From: Octopus sinensis
Taxonomy: Eukaryota
Direction of reading: 5' to 3'
DNA length: 64,000 nucleotides
Assembly: GCF_006345805.1 (NCBI RefSeq)
Contig: NC_042997.1
Span: 56,978,001 to 57,042,000, forward strand
The position numbers and the translations under genes were made by a program. Numbering within the stretch: position 1 is the stretch's first letter; the number at the start of each line of letters is the position of its first letter. The notes under the pieces are model-generated. The model saw only the letters and a list, made by a program, of their open reading frames with translations. It did not search any database and was not told the DNA's origin. This document shows, piece after piece, positions 24,676 to 37,481 of the stretch.

Positions 24676-26040
24676 CATCATCATCGTTTAACGTCCGTTC
24701 TCCATGCTAGCATGGGTTGGACGGTTCGACCGGGGATCTGGGAAGCCAGAAGGCTGCACCAGGCTCCAGTCTTATCTGGCAGTGTTTCTACAGCTGGATG
24801 CCCTTCCTAACGCCAACCACTCCGTGAGTGTAGTGGGTGCTTTTTACGTGCCACCCGCACAGGTGCCTCAACAGGTCTTTGTGTCCAAGGGAGGAAAGGC
24901 ATGCATAAGTGGGCTGGGCTCACTTGTCCTGCCTGGTCTTCTCACGTACAGCATATATCCAAAGGTCTCGGTCGCTGGTCATTTCCTCAGTGAGGCCTAA
25001 AGTTCGAAGGTCGTGCTTCACCACCTCGTCCCAGGTTTTCCTGGGTCTACCTCTTCCACGGGTTCCCTCAACTGCTAGGGATTGGCACATTTTCACACAC
25101 CTATCTTCATCCATTCTCGCCACATGACCATACCAGCGCAATCGTCTTTCTTGCACACCACAACTGATGCTTCTTAGGTACAACATTTCTCTCAAGGTAC
25201 TAACGCTCTGTCGAGTATGTACACTGACATTACACATCCATCGGAGCATACAGGCTTCATTCCTCGCGAGCTTACGCATGTCCTCAGCAGTCACGGCCCA
25301 TGTAGCATGGCTGTTCGTACACATGCATCATACAGTCTGCCTTTTACTCTGAGCGAGAGGCCTTTAGTCACCAGCAGAGGTAAGAGCTCCCTAAACTTTG
25401 CCCAGGCTATTCTTATTCTACCAGTTACGCTTTCAACGCACCCACCCCCACTACTGACTTGGTCACCTAGATAACGGAAGCTATCAACTACTTCTAGTTT
25501 TCCCCCTGGAAAGTGACGGAAGTTGTTTTCTGCAGATTTTCGGAGGTTAATGCTCCCGAGCATCTGCCACATACAAAAACTATCTTCCCAGTTAGCCTAC
25601 CTTTGACATTGCTGCACCTCTTATGTGTTCATAGCTTACACTGGGTACATCTTATAGAGTTTCTACCTACACCTTTTCTACAGATCGAGCAGGGCCATCT
25701 TCCTGAAGACATTTGTGGATTGTCTACCTTCCTACTTATTAGTACTTTGGTTTTAGCTAGGTTGACTCTAAGGCCCCTCGATTCTAAACCTTCCTTCCAC
25801 ACCTGGAACTTCTCCAGTTCTGATAGTGACTCAGCAATTAGAGCAAGGTCGTCAGCATAGAGGAGCTCCCAGGGGCAACCTGTCTTGAATTCCTCCATAA
25901 TTGCCTGGAGTTATGATATCAGCATTTTGATACCCAGAACTTCTTTCCAATATTCAGATGGTACCCAGTCCTCCACGTCAACTAATTTCTTCTCAACGAC
26001 AACTTTAATCTTTAAGCTCTCCAATGCCATTGACTGTTCA
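24676..26040 (-). mobile_element. RTE-clade LINE, 5'-truncated (RT C-terminus plus complete 3' UTR)
   Basis: LLYADDLAL, DSFRYLG, RRLRWYGHVARM and RGRGRPRKTW motifs. The 3' UTR runs into the (GAT)n tail, showing that the abundant catcatcgtttaac repeat is the LINE 3' end. Confidence 0.93.
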
Positions 26041-26510
26041 CCAATACATCAAGCTGTTCTTGAAAAAAGGAGAAATTAAAGTAATTAGATTTAGCCATGC
26101 AATGATGTAGCCCTAGGCTCACTAGTTCCTGTTGAACCATCTCACAACATGGAAAATGGACATTAAATGATGGTGATGATGGTCTTGTATTTCTCTTACA
26201 AAATTCTTGTTGTGAAGTGCAAATATTGTACTTTGGGAGTGTTATACTGCCAATTAAAATACAACCGTCATTTTTATTCCATTTAGTTTTATTAGCAATA
26301 AAGTAGATAATTACTTAATTAGTGATATTAATTCAATGTTCTTTCATTACACCCTGTCACTTTATCACTGATAATGTGTTCATCCTACACCTTCTCTATG
26401 TTATCGCACACACTTTGCTTTGTAGTATTTTTTAATAGTCTGTCTACTTTTGCTGTTAATATATACCTTGTGTTTGTATATGTGGGTGTAAATAAACAAA
26501 TACATAGACA

Positions 26511-26546
<36 letters not shown>

Positions 26547-27401
26547 CATACATACACACACACACATATGCGTGTGTGTATATATATAAGGAAAATAAGA
26601 CAAGGTAGAAAATTCTAAAATAATTTTATCATGAAGAACATTTTAGTACCAGTTTCAGTCTTTGCGACTTTTCAACTTAGAGTAAAGCATGAAAAACAAT
26701 TAAATTGTGGAAAAATTAAAGGAAATGTTTTTTAAAATATTTCCATAGTTTTCAAATACAAGAGACATTTTCCTTTTTTCTGTCTGTCTCTCTCTCTCTC
26801 TCTTTTATTCTTGTGAAAGCTTGGTAGTAGGGAGTAGGAAAAGAAGAGAAAGAAGAAGAAAAATATGGGAGTGGTAATGACAGTAGTAGGATGTTGGTGG
26901 AATCCAATTAAAAGGTCAAGTGACCTGTTAGGGTTGTAATAGTAGTGATTGGAATAGTTTTGAATAAATTCATAGGTAGTGACTGTTCTGAATATAATCA
27001 CTTTTTTCTGTATTTAAGGTAGTAAATTATCCAAATTCTACTTAAATAAGTTTAGTGTTATTTGCAAACTATTATAAAATAAGTTTTAATATTCAAATTT
27101 GAATTTTAGCTGCAATATTTTAACTAAAAAGTACTTTACAAGTAATAGCTTGTCCTATACTTTTACAGGTGTAATAACTTGTCCTGTACTTTTCCAGGTT
27201 AATAATCTCAAGAATATTACTTTTCATGCTCACATTTTCCAATGTAATCCATGATTTTTCCAGACATTGCTGTTATAAGATAATTAATAATTTAAGATTT
27301 TACCTTATAAAATACTGAAAGATAATATTTCAATTTTTCCATGTAAGTGATGATAATATTTCAATTTTTTTCATGTTTAATTTAAATTTATGTTATATAA
27401 T

Positions 27402-28800
27402 AATGAAATTATTGTATACAGTGCTCAGGTGTACCACAACTTGTCAGAAAGTGCGTATAGAGTATATGCAGTAATGTACAAATGTCTGGAAAGCGAACAA
27501 TGTATGAGTCAGATACATGTTTGTGTGTGTATGGAGGGGAGAAAATCAGGTGTAGTGTTGGCGAATCTCAGAAAGCATGAAAGTTTTGAAGGATGCAGTG
27601 CTCCGACAACTAACAACTGATGCCAGCAGTTTGTTCCATGCTTCAGCAACTCTCAGTGTGAAAAAATGTTTCCTAAAGTCATGGGAGCTGTGCTGTTTTC
27701 TGACTTTGTAAATATGTCCACGGGTGTTAGACGGGTGGAGTATGAAAAGGTGCTCAGAGTTATTGTTTGTAAGATGGTTGATAATTTTATGTGTGTCTGC
27801 CAAGTCAGCTGCCAGACGTCGGAGTTTCAATGTATCCATGCCCAGGGAAGTAAGGCGTTCAGAATATGGCAAATGCCTGATGGAGGGTATTCTTTTGGTT
27901 GCATGTTGCTGAACGGCTTCCAGACGATTGATATCCTGGGCAAGATAGGGGTTCCAGACCGGTGATGCAAATTCCAGGTGAGGTCTTACCATAGCTATAT
28001 AAAGCCACAGATAGATAGCCGGAGAGCGGCTCACAAAGGATTTGATGAGTGATGTCAAGACACCCTCAGCCTTCTTGACAATTTTAGCGATGTGTTTTGT
28101 CCAACGCAAATCACTGTCGACAATAACACCCAGGTCACGTTTACATGAAGACTTTTTGAGATTAGTGTTGTGGAGGGAGTAGGTGGACGCTGGGGTTCTC
28201 CTCTCAAAATGCATGGTGGTACATTTGTCCACAGCCAGCTTGAGTTGCCAGTCCATGATCCACTGCTGCATTGTGTCCAGGTCTGCTTGCAATAGAGATC
28301 TATAGTGTACAGGATCTGACCTCTTTATTTCGAGGTACAGCTTGATGTCATCTGCATATTTCAGCACTGTGGCATTCTTTAAGTTGGCATCTATGTCATT
28401 AACATATGCAACAAATAAAAGGGGGCCAAGAACAGATCCCTGTGGTACACCAGATGTCATCTCATAGGGTGAAGAGTGCTGTCCTAGAACTGTGACAACC
28501 TCTTTTCGGCCGAAGATAAAAGACTTCAACCAGTTATAGAGTTCGTCTCTTACGCCCAATGCAGAGAGCTTCACCATAAGTCTTTTGTGTGACACAGAGT
28601 TAAAAGCCTTAGCAAAGTCCAGGTAAACAACATCCACCCAGGATCCGCGATCAGTGTTTTGGGTAACGTCCTCAAGAAACTCGATGAGTTGATTAGAGCA
28701 GCTGGAGTTAGGAATAAATCCAAATTGTGACGGCTGGATGAGGCTGTGAGACTTCCAGAAGTTCCAGAGGGTTTCTCTGATACAGGATTCCATCAGTTTG
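27402..28800 (-). mobile_element. CR1-clade LINE, 5'-truncated, 415-aa open RT C-terminal region
   Basis: QFGF, VVYLDFAKAFNSV, GVPQGSVLGPLLF, YADD and VRPHLEFASPVWNPY motifs. Confidence 0.95.
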
Positions 28801-30445
28801 GCGACCCATCCACACCAAATTAATGGCAGGGATTTTTACCAGGCTGGTTGCACCATGGCTCACCAAAAGTTACAAACAACAAGACCCCAAAACCATTAGT
28901 TACCAGGCTTACCTTAAGTAACCTAATTTTGCAATATTAGGAGGTCACAGGTATTCATTCAACAGAAAAAATATTTCCAATGATTCCGGGATTGGAGGGG
29001 AACCCTCCCACCTCATTTTTTCTGAACCAAAACAAGGGATTTGCAGCATATTAGGAGGTCAGGGTACTTGATTTCACACAAAAAATCAAATTTTTTTCTT
29101 TCTTAGTGAAAATCGTGTGGGTGTTAATATAGAAATTGACCATAATGTTGTTGATATTTAGCCTCAAATCAACTCTGCAAACGTATCATCAAAGACATTC
29201 CAGCCTTCAGTAAACCGTCTTTTTAGGGATAATCTAGGACATTATAATGGATGTGTGATTTAGGTAGGGGGATACTTTGGCTGCTATTTTTAGCATGTCA
29301 AGCAACCAGGTAGATGCTCTTTCATTGGTTCAATTGCATGATGAGATGTAATATGTAATATGTGTTTTGGTCCCATGCAACAAAAATTTGTATCAAAAAA
29401 GTTGTGAGGTAAAATATAATGAAAAAATATATAAGTAAGGCAAAAAATTGGGTTTAAGTATAATTAACTTTTTTAAAAACAAACTATATTTTAATTAAGC
29501 TTAAATGACAGCTCAATTTAAGAAATTTCATGGGTGATAATATAGTTCTAAACTTTTTTATGAATATAGTTCTATAAGGGTACTTTTAATATATGTCACT
29601 GGTGTCATTGAGGTAAGGACAAAATTATCAACAACACTGCTAATTGACACATTATTAATTAGCATAAAACTACGGTCTGGAAAAAACATGGATTACATGG
29701 AAAAATGCAAACAAGAGAAATACTATTCTTAAGATTATAAACCTGGAAAAGTACAGGACAAGTTATAACACTTGGAAAAGTTCAGGACAACTTATTAGAT
29801 CTGGTAAAGTACAGAACAAGAACATTTTTACTTACAATATTGCAGCTAAGGTAAAATTTTGTATATTAAAAATTATTTGATTTTAATTTACAAAGTAACA
29901 TATTAATTAAAAAAGGTACCATCAGATTGTTAAAATATTGAGACACTAGAATACTTAAAAAATGAGAGCCAAAAATACCAATATAGTTAAAGTTTTATGC
30001 AAAGTAAAATAGTATATATGGTGGGCAAATTCATTACGTAAAACTATAGGCATTGGGTCAGGACTAAAAATGTGGAAACTTTTTAATAACTTAGGCAATA
30101 ACTCAAGCAAATTTTACTGTAAATTTGTTGTTATAGGTAGATTTTACAGTAAAACATAACTAATTTTTGTATTATTCTATTTATTGTACTAACTAATTAT
30201 GTAATTATGTACTACTATTATTTTTTATAACCTATTTTCAAATTTGAAATTCTTAATTAATTCTTTTAAAGTGCAAAAAATATTTTGAGTTATTTTAAAT
30301 TTTTAATAGAAGTAACAAGTAATAAATAGAAGTAATAACTTGTAATGGAAACTTTTAGTTTTAATAAAAGCTAGTATTTTCTAAATCTAAATATTTTATT
30401 TGATATTTTATCCTTAGCTGCAATATTTTAAGTAAAAATTAGTTA

Positions 30446-31075
30446 CATGCCAGACCCTAGCACCACTGGAAAGTACTGTGGTTTAAACGTTAAGACCAGA
30501 GTAGGTAAGATCTTCCTCAATTTAGTTGAAAGACACTTCCCCTGTACTAATAGATTCAACAAAATATTTAATAGAAATACCCTGAGATTATGCTTTAGCT
30601 GTGCACCTAGCATAAAAAAGATTTTAGTAGGTAGACCCATACCCGAGGTAGAGGCAGGATGCTCATGCAGGGATAACACAACTTGTCCACTGAACAACCA
30701 CTGCAATATGGAGACAGTTGTTTACGAGGTTGAGGTAACAGCAACAGGACCCAATGGACAACCGAGCATGTAGATGTATGGGGGGGGGGGGCAATGGAAG
30801 GCTCCTTCAAAACCTGTTTTAATAACCACAAGTCCTCCTTCAACATCCCAGAGAGATGTAATGCCACAACTCTGGCCAAGTATGCCTGGGTTTTGAAAGA
30901 AAGCACTATGGAATACAATATAAAGTGGAAGATCCTAGGAAGTGCAGTTATGCCTGACTGAGAAGATAGCAATCTTAAAATATACCCAACACCCGGATGT
31001 CTACCTGAGTAGCAGGAGTAAGGTGTTTAATCTTTGCCTGCATGAAAGGAAATACATCCTATCATGCCTGTACGC
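30446..31075 (+). mobile_element. Penelope-like element 3' fragment (RT thumb plus GIY-YIG endonuclease remnant)
   Basis: KTRVGKIFLNLVERHFP...KIFNRNTLRLCFSC, CSC...CPLNNHC, VVYEVEV, FKTCFNNHKSSF and YNIKWKIL; frameshifted. Confidence 0.8.
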
Positions 31076-31974
31076 CTCACCATGACTGAAACCACATATT
31101 TTTCTCTCATTAAACACATTTTATGGAATGATGATGCCAAAGTAACACACGCATGTTCCATTGGTGGAATATATATAAAAAAAAGAATTAAAATTTTTAC
31201 CCCCACCTCAATCAAGCGAAGCTGTGTGTATGTATATGAAAATACATTTTCTAACAGAAAGTATGTGTGTGTGTCAAACTTCTGTCCCCCACCCCACCAT
31301 TTTCTCCCAAATTTATTTATTAAAAAAAATTTTTTTGCCCAAAACCCGTTTTCGGATACAGAGGTTCCGGAAAATTGCCAAAAATAGGAATTGTTAAATT
31401 CCCCACTTTCCCCCAACACTAACCCTAACCATAACTACAGAAAGGTTTAAAAATTTTTGTCAGAATCGTAATGTCCGTATTTTTCCGCATATTTAGAAAA
31501 AAAAAAAAAAAATTTTTTTAATTCTACAAAAATTTTTTCAGACTCATAATCTTATTTTTCTGCATATTTTGAAAAAAAAAACAAAATATCTGAAAAAGTT
31601 AAAAAAATGAAGGAACTGGGGGTGGGGGTAATTTAAAAATGCCGATTTTGCCAATTTTTTTGCAGATTCGTATTCCCCGTAGCTGAAAAGGAGGGGGGGG
31701 TACCGAAAAAAAAAAGTAAAAAAAGGGTGATCTTTTTTTTTGAAGCGGAGGGGACAGGCGGAAGTCTTGCCTGAATTATCGCTTACATAACTCTTTTTTT
31801 TTAAATCACTAGATAAATGCCAGCAATGACCTTCTGAGGCGGCTCTCCAGTATTTTAAATTATAAACAAAAACAATTGAGGGTAGGGAGTGGGGTTGCAA
31901 AAAACCCATATTTTTCAATTTTTTTTATAGCATATAAGTGTATTTATGGAGAATAAAGTATTAATTTCTTTATT

Positions 31975-32178
31975 GCCCACAGGGGGCTAGACATAGAGGG
32001 ACAAAGGGATCAAGCCGATTACATCAACTCTAGTGCATAACTGCTACTTATTTAATCGACCCCGAAACGATGAAAGGCAAAGTCGACCTCGGCAGAATTT
32101 GAACTCAGAACGCAAAGACTGACGAACTACCGTTAAGCATTTTGCCCGGCGTGCTAACCTTTCAGCCAGCTCGCCGCC
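31975..32178 (-). mobile_element. tRNA-derived SINE (same family as 11954; other copies 44445-44635 + and 47770-47925 -)
   Basis: Reverse complement reads ggcggcgagctggctgaa...gttctgagttcaaattctgccgaggtcgactttgcc. Confidence 0.85.
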
Positions 32179-32356
32179 TTAAGTAGTAGGATATTGAGTA
32201 GGATATTGAAAAACATCAATACAGGCGAGAGTGAGAAAGAAACGAAGAGGGTTGTCTTGGATTATGTGTTAGAAACAACAGTCAAATCTCCCTTAAATCA
32301 CTTACTTTTTCCTCTGAAAATATTAACAATTAAAAAAATATTTCTACCGAAAAGGC

Positions 32357-35208
32357 GGTACTTGTCTATTGTCGTGGTCCCGGTTTCGCACACGCGAATT
32401 CGCGCGCGCGCCAGACGTAGGTACTCGATACTCGAGATCCTACGAGGTGACATGCGCAGTGCAGAATTCGCGCATGCGCGTTAACCCCCCCCCCTAAAAA
32501 AAAGGTGTTGGATTTCACTAAAAATATATATGTGTGTGTGTGTGTGTATATATAACATTTTCAATTTTACACAAAAAAATTACATAGTCGCTTTCCTCGC
32601 GGATTTACAGATAAATGAATTAATTACTATTTTACAGAATAAAATTAATGAATTAATTATATAAATTAAATAATTCTTGAAAATTAATTAATATCAATAA
32701 TATTTTTTGAACAAAGTAAATAATTTATAAAACTTGGTTAATAATTTTTTTTACACAAACGCGAACGTATATAATTTGTGAAACTTTTTTTTTTTTTACA
32801 GACGTATATAATTTGGTAAACTTAATGAATTAATTTCTTATCATCATCATCATCACGTTTAACGTCCGTTCTCCATGCCAGCATGGGTTGGACGGTTCGA
32901 CCGGGGATCTGGGAAGCCAGAAGGCTGCACCAGACTCCAGTCTTATCTGGCAATGTTTCTACAGCTGGATGCCCTTCCTAACGCCAACCACTCCGAGAGT
33001 GTAGTGGGTGCTTTTTACATGCCACCCGCACAGGTGCCAGGCGAGGCTGGCAACGGCCACGGTCGGATTGGTGCCAGTCGAGGCGGCTCTGGCATCGGCC
33101 ACGATTCGGATAGTGCTTTTTACGTACCACCAGTCCAGGGGTCCTGGCATTTGCCGGGTGTCACACTTGCCCCAACATGTCTTCGCAAGCAAAGGGGGTT
33201 GGCATGGGTGCCTGTCGTGGGATGAGGTTCGATATCAACTTCGCTTGCCTCAACAGGTCTTTGTGTATAAATGTATAAATTTTTCGCACTAAATTCTTTC
33301 CGTAGAATTTATCAAAAAACGCGCAAAATTATTCCGTAGAATTTATCAAATTAAAAAACGCAAAATTAATATATTTTTTGAAATTGCAAATTATTTAGAA
33401 TATAAAACAAATGAAGTTAAATTTTAAAAATAATGTCATATACTTATACTCTGTAAGGTGCTGTGTTCACACTTCAATTTACTATTTTCTAGAAATGTTG
33501 CTTTTCTAATTGAAACAATTTTTCTCAATCTCCATTTAAAAGTCCATCATGTCTCTTGAGACATATCAAAATGAACAACTTTGAATTACGCGGCGGCGGT
33601 GTGGTGTGAGGTTCTAATTTTTTTTCTGATCTCTCTTTGCCCCCTCTTTATCTCAGTGTTCATTCCGCTAATATTTAGAAAAATTTTCGCGCCCAATTTT
33701 TGTTGTCGCGGGAAAAGATGAACGATTTAAAATAAATATATCTTAATTGTAGTGTGAGAAAGTATATATATTCTGATGACAAAATATATTATCTTTCAAA
33801 AACATCCCAAATTTATAGACTATATCGTGTAGGTTTAAGAAATATATATATATATAGCTATATATATATATATACATATATAGTAGAGAATGAAACATCT
33901 TTCATCTGTCTCCCCACCACACCTCCATCTAGGGGGGCAAAGAGAGATCAGAAAAAAAAATTAGAACCTCACACCACCACCGCCGCCGCGGTGTTCATTT
34001 GATATGTCTCAAGAGACATGATGGACTTTTAAATGGAGATTGAGAAAAATTGTTTCAATTAGAAAAGCAACATTTCTAGAAAATAGTAATTGAAGTGTGA
34101 ACACAGCACCTTACAGAGTATAAGTATATGACATTTATTTTTTAAAATTTAACTTCATTTGTTTTATATTCTAAATAATTTGCAATTTCAAAAAATATAT
34201 TAATTTTGCGTTTTTTAATTTGATAAATTCTACGGAATAATTTTGCGCGTTTTTTGATAAATTCTACGGAAAGAATTTAGTGCGAAAAATTTATACATTT
34301 ATACACAAAGACCTGTTGAGGCAAGCGAAGTTGATATCGAACCTCATCCCACGACAGGCACCCATGCCAACCCCCTTTGCTTGCGAAGACATGTTGGGGC
34401 AAGTGTGACACCCGGCAAATGCCAGGACCCCTGGACTGGTGGTACGTAAAAAGCACTATCCGAATCGTGGCCGATGCCAGAGCCGCCTCGACTGGCACCA
34501 ATCCGACCGTGGCCGTTGCCAGCCTCGCCTGGCACCTGTGCGGGTGGCATGTAAAAAGCACCCACTACACTCTCGGAGTGGTTGGCGTTAGGAAGGGCAT
34601 CCAGCTGTAGAAACATTGCCAGATAAGACTGGAGTCTGGTGCAGCCTTCTGGCTTCCCAGATCCCCGGTCGAACCGTCCAACCCATGCTGGCATGGAGAA
34701 CGGACGTTAAACGATGATGATGATGATAAGAAATTAATTCATTAAGTTTACCAAATATATACGTCTGTAAAAAAAAAAAAGTTTCACAAATTATATACGT
34801 TCGCGTTTGTGTAAAAAAAATATTAACCAAGTTTTATAAATTATTTACTTCGTTCAAAAAATATTATTGATATTAATTAATTTTCAAGAATTATTTAATT
34901 TATATAATTAATTCATTAATTTTATTCTGTAAAATAGTAATTAATTCATTTATCTGTAAATCCGCGAGGAAAGCGACTATGTAATTTTTTTGTGTAAAAT
35001 TGAAAATGTTATATATACACACACACACACACATATATATTTTTAGTGAAATCCAACACCTTTTTTTTAGGGGGGGTTAACGCGCATGCGCGAATTCTGC
35101 ACTGCGCATGTCACCTCGTAGGATCTCGAGTATCGAGTACCTACGTCTGTCGCGCGCGCGCGCGAATTCGCGTGTGCGAAACCGGGACCACGACAATAGA
35201 CAAGTACC
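32357..35208. mobile_element. 2.85-kb fold-back non-autonomous DNA transposon, Merlin-like
   Basis: Arms of about 1.28 kb (32357-33643 and 33933-35208) are near-perfect reverse complements. Ends are GGTACTTGTC...GACAAGTACC with a perfect 8-bp TSD gaaaaggc (32349-32356, 35209-35216). Confidence 0.88.
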
Positions 35209-35529
35209 GAAAAGGCTCCTCTCATGGTTTTGAAGTGTCAAAAATATGGCCAAAATTGATCCGAAGTGGGATTAGTGGGGTTATACAAAAAGATTTCAAA
35301 TCCTTTTTTTTTTTCATACAAAGATGTGTCCACCCCCCACCATCCATCATTTCGAAGGCCGTAGTTTAAAAAAAAAATAGGAAAAACCCGTCAAAACGGA
35401 GTAGTTCCAACTTATTTGGTCTTCCTGATCCGAAACTCTTTTTCCTACGTACTCGGAAAAAATTTCCCCCCACAAATTTCTTTATAACCGTAATCTATGC
35501 CGTTTGAAAGGTATTTGTATAAAATTTCA

Positions 35530-35880
35530 TTAAAAGGTAACCATTTATATGTATACAGTGCTCAGGTGCACCACAACTGGTCAAAAGTGCGTATAAAGCA
35601 TGTGCAGCAATGTACAAATGTCTGGGAAGTGAACAGTGTATGTATATGTGCATTCTTAAATATAATAACGATAATGAAATATTGTATACAGGGCTCAGGT
35701 GCACCACAACTTGTCAAAAGTGCGTATAAAGCATGTGCAGCAATGTACAAATGTCTGGAAAGCGGACAATGCATGAGTCAGATACATGCTTGTATGTGTA
35801 TGGCGAATCTCAGGAAGCATGGAAGTTTTGAAGGATGCATTGCTCCGACAACTAACAACTGATGCCGGCAGTTTGTTCCA
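35530..35880 (-). mobile_element. Two tandem CR1 3'-end fragments
   Basis: tatacag(t/g)gctcaggtgcaccacaac occurs twice about 150 bp apart with shared variants. Confidence 0.8.
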
Positions 35881-36444
35881 TTCAGATAATTTTCTAAGGA
35901 ATTAAAATAATTTCACTTTTTTTCTTTCTTTTTTTTTCTGTAAAAAAGTCTGTTTTGATTTTAACAACTGCAACAAAGGACGAAAGAAAAAAAAAACCTT
36001 ATCCGCTTCAGATTGTTTTTTTTTTTTGTGCTAATAAGAGATTTCGGTCAAACTCTAGTGTTTGACCTAGATTTCTACGTTGTTGGATTAAATAGGGGCC
36101 AAATGTTTCCTCATATTTCAATCCATCCTCTTACACAGCGATATATTAGGTCTTAGATACACGATGTCTGAACTAAAAAGATGGGATTATCACAGCTAGA
36201 ATATCCTTGATCATACGTTTGTCTACTCGATCACAATAAACGACTTCAAAAATTCAGAATAGCTTCTTTGTAACATGAGACCGAGGAAAATAAGAGACAA
36301 ACACAAGCGTTCAAGAGTTAAACGACACTTTTCTGAGACGCTGCTCTTTTTTATGGTTTTTCAGAAGCATTTTTCAAACCAAGACGATTTTATTACTATT
36401 ACAAACGGAATGACTTTTATAGATTTTATAAAAAATTTTAAACG

Positions 36445-36690
36445 ATGGTGCGACATAAAACATTGAAAAGGTTTACCCCTAAAGCCAACAGTTCTAAGGC
36501 AATCCACTCTGAACAATCTAATCGCCGGAAAATCCATATGGATTCATTAGAATGTAAGAGTAAATTCTGCCAGTGTTGGAAAGATGATAAAGATAGCAAA
36601 CTACCAAATGCTGAAACAATCACCGCAAAATTACAAGTTAACAAAATGAAAAAAGAAGTGGTCCCAAAATTCAATAATGCCACACAGAAT
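36445..36690 (+). CDS. Putative first coding exon of ankyrin-repeat gene (82 aa)
   Basis: ATG-initiated open frame MVRHKTLKR...KFNNATQN ending exactly at a phase-0 gtaagt donor, which matches the phase-0 exons downstream. Confidence 0.6.
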
Positions 36691-37481
36691 GTAAGTTTTT
36701 TTAATCTTTAATGTAAAACTAGTTTTAGGATTTGTATTTCATTTGGTGGGCCGATAAAATACTAGTCAAATCTGAGGTGTATTAAATCTACTTCGTCTCT
36801 TCAACAAAATGTATTCTGTTTAAAATCGTTTTTTAAACTTAGACCAATTATTCCAGAAAGAAACGCAACAATTATAACGATGAAGGGAAATTAACTATAT
36901 AAGGAAATACTTAGCCTGTATATATTCAATTAGTTGTTAAATTCATGGATTTTGGAAATATTTATTACCTATTCTAATTAAATTATTTAATTGAATCTAC
37001 ACAATGATTCCTAAACACAGGTATCATGGCCGTGAATTTTTAGGGAAAGGGAACAGATGATTATACAATATAAACTTCACTTCTTTATAAGTGCTCTATT
37101 CAATAACTTACAGGGCATAATTTAAAAAGAAAAATGTTCCAGAATTTTATCTTGCGTCATACTAACGTAATACCAGGACTTGTGTTATTGACAAGCGATA
37201 GCTCAAGAAAGAGCCTGTTATAGCTTTTGTTAAGCTATACAGAAAAAACTCAATGGAGAACCTGACTGTATTGGTGAAAGATTTATTTAGTTACATTTAG
37301 TTAAACACATGAGAACGTGAGCCATCGATCAACTCGTGCTTCGTAGATGTCCCGCCTAATCGGAAGTTCACTTCAGTACAGACCAGCTCCTTAATTAGCC
37401 CACAGCGAAGTTCCTGTCTACATTTCGTCCGTCATAAATCCTTAGACAGTGCCCTACACTGTCGGCAATTGAGCGGTGTTT

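Noticed and set aside
32875-34694. Identical 116/94/77-aa ORFs on opposite strands as possible genes
   Set aside because: They are incidental translations of the mirrored RTE 3' UTR, with no splice or domain support.
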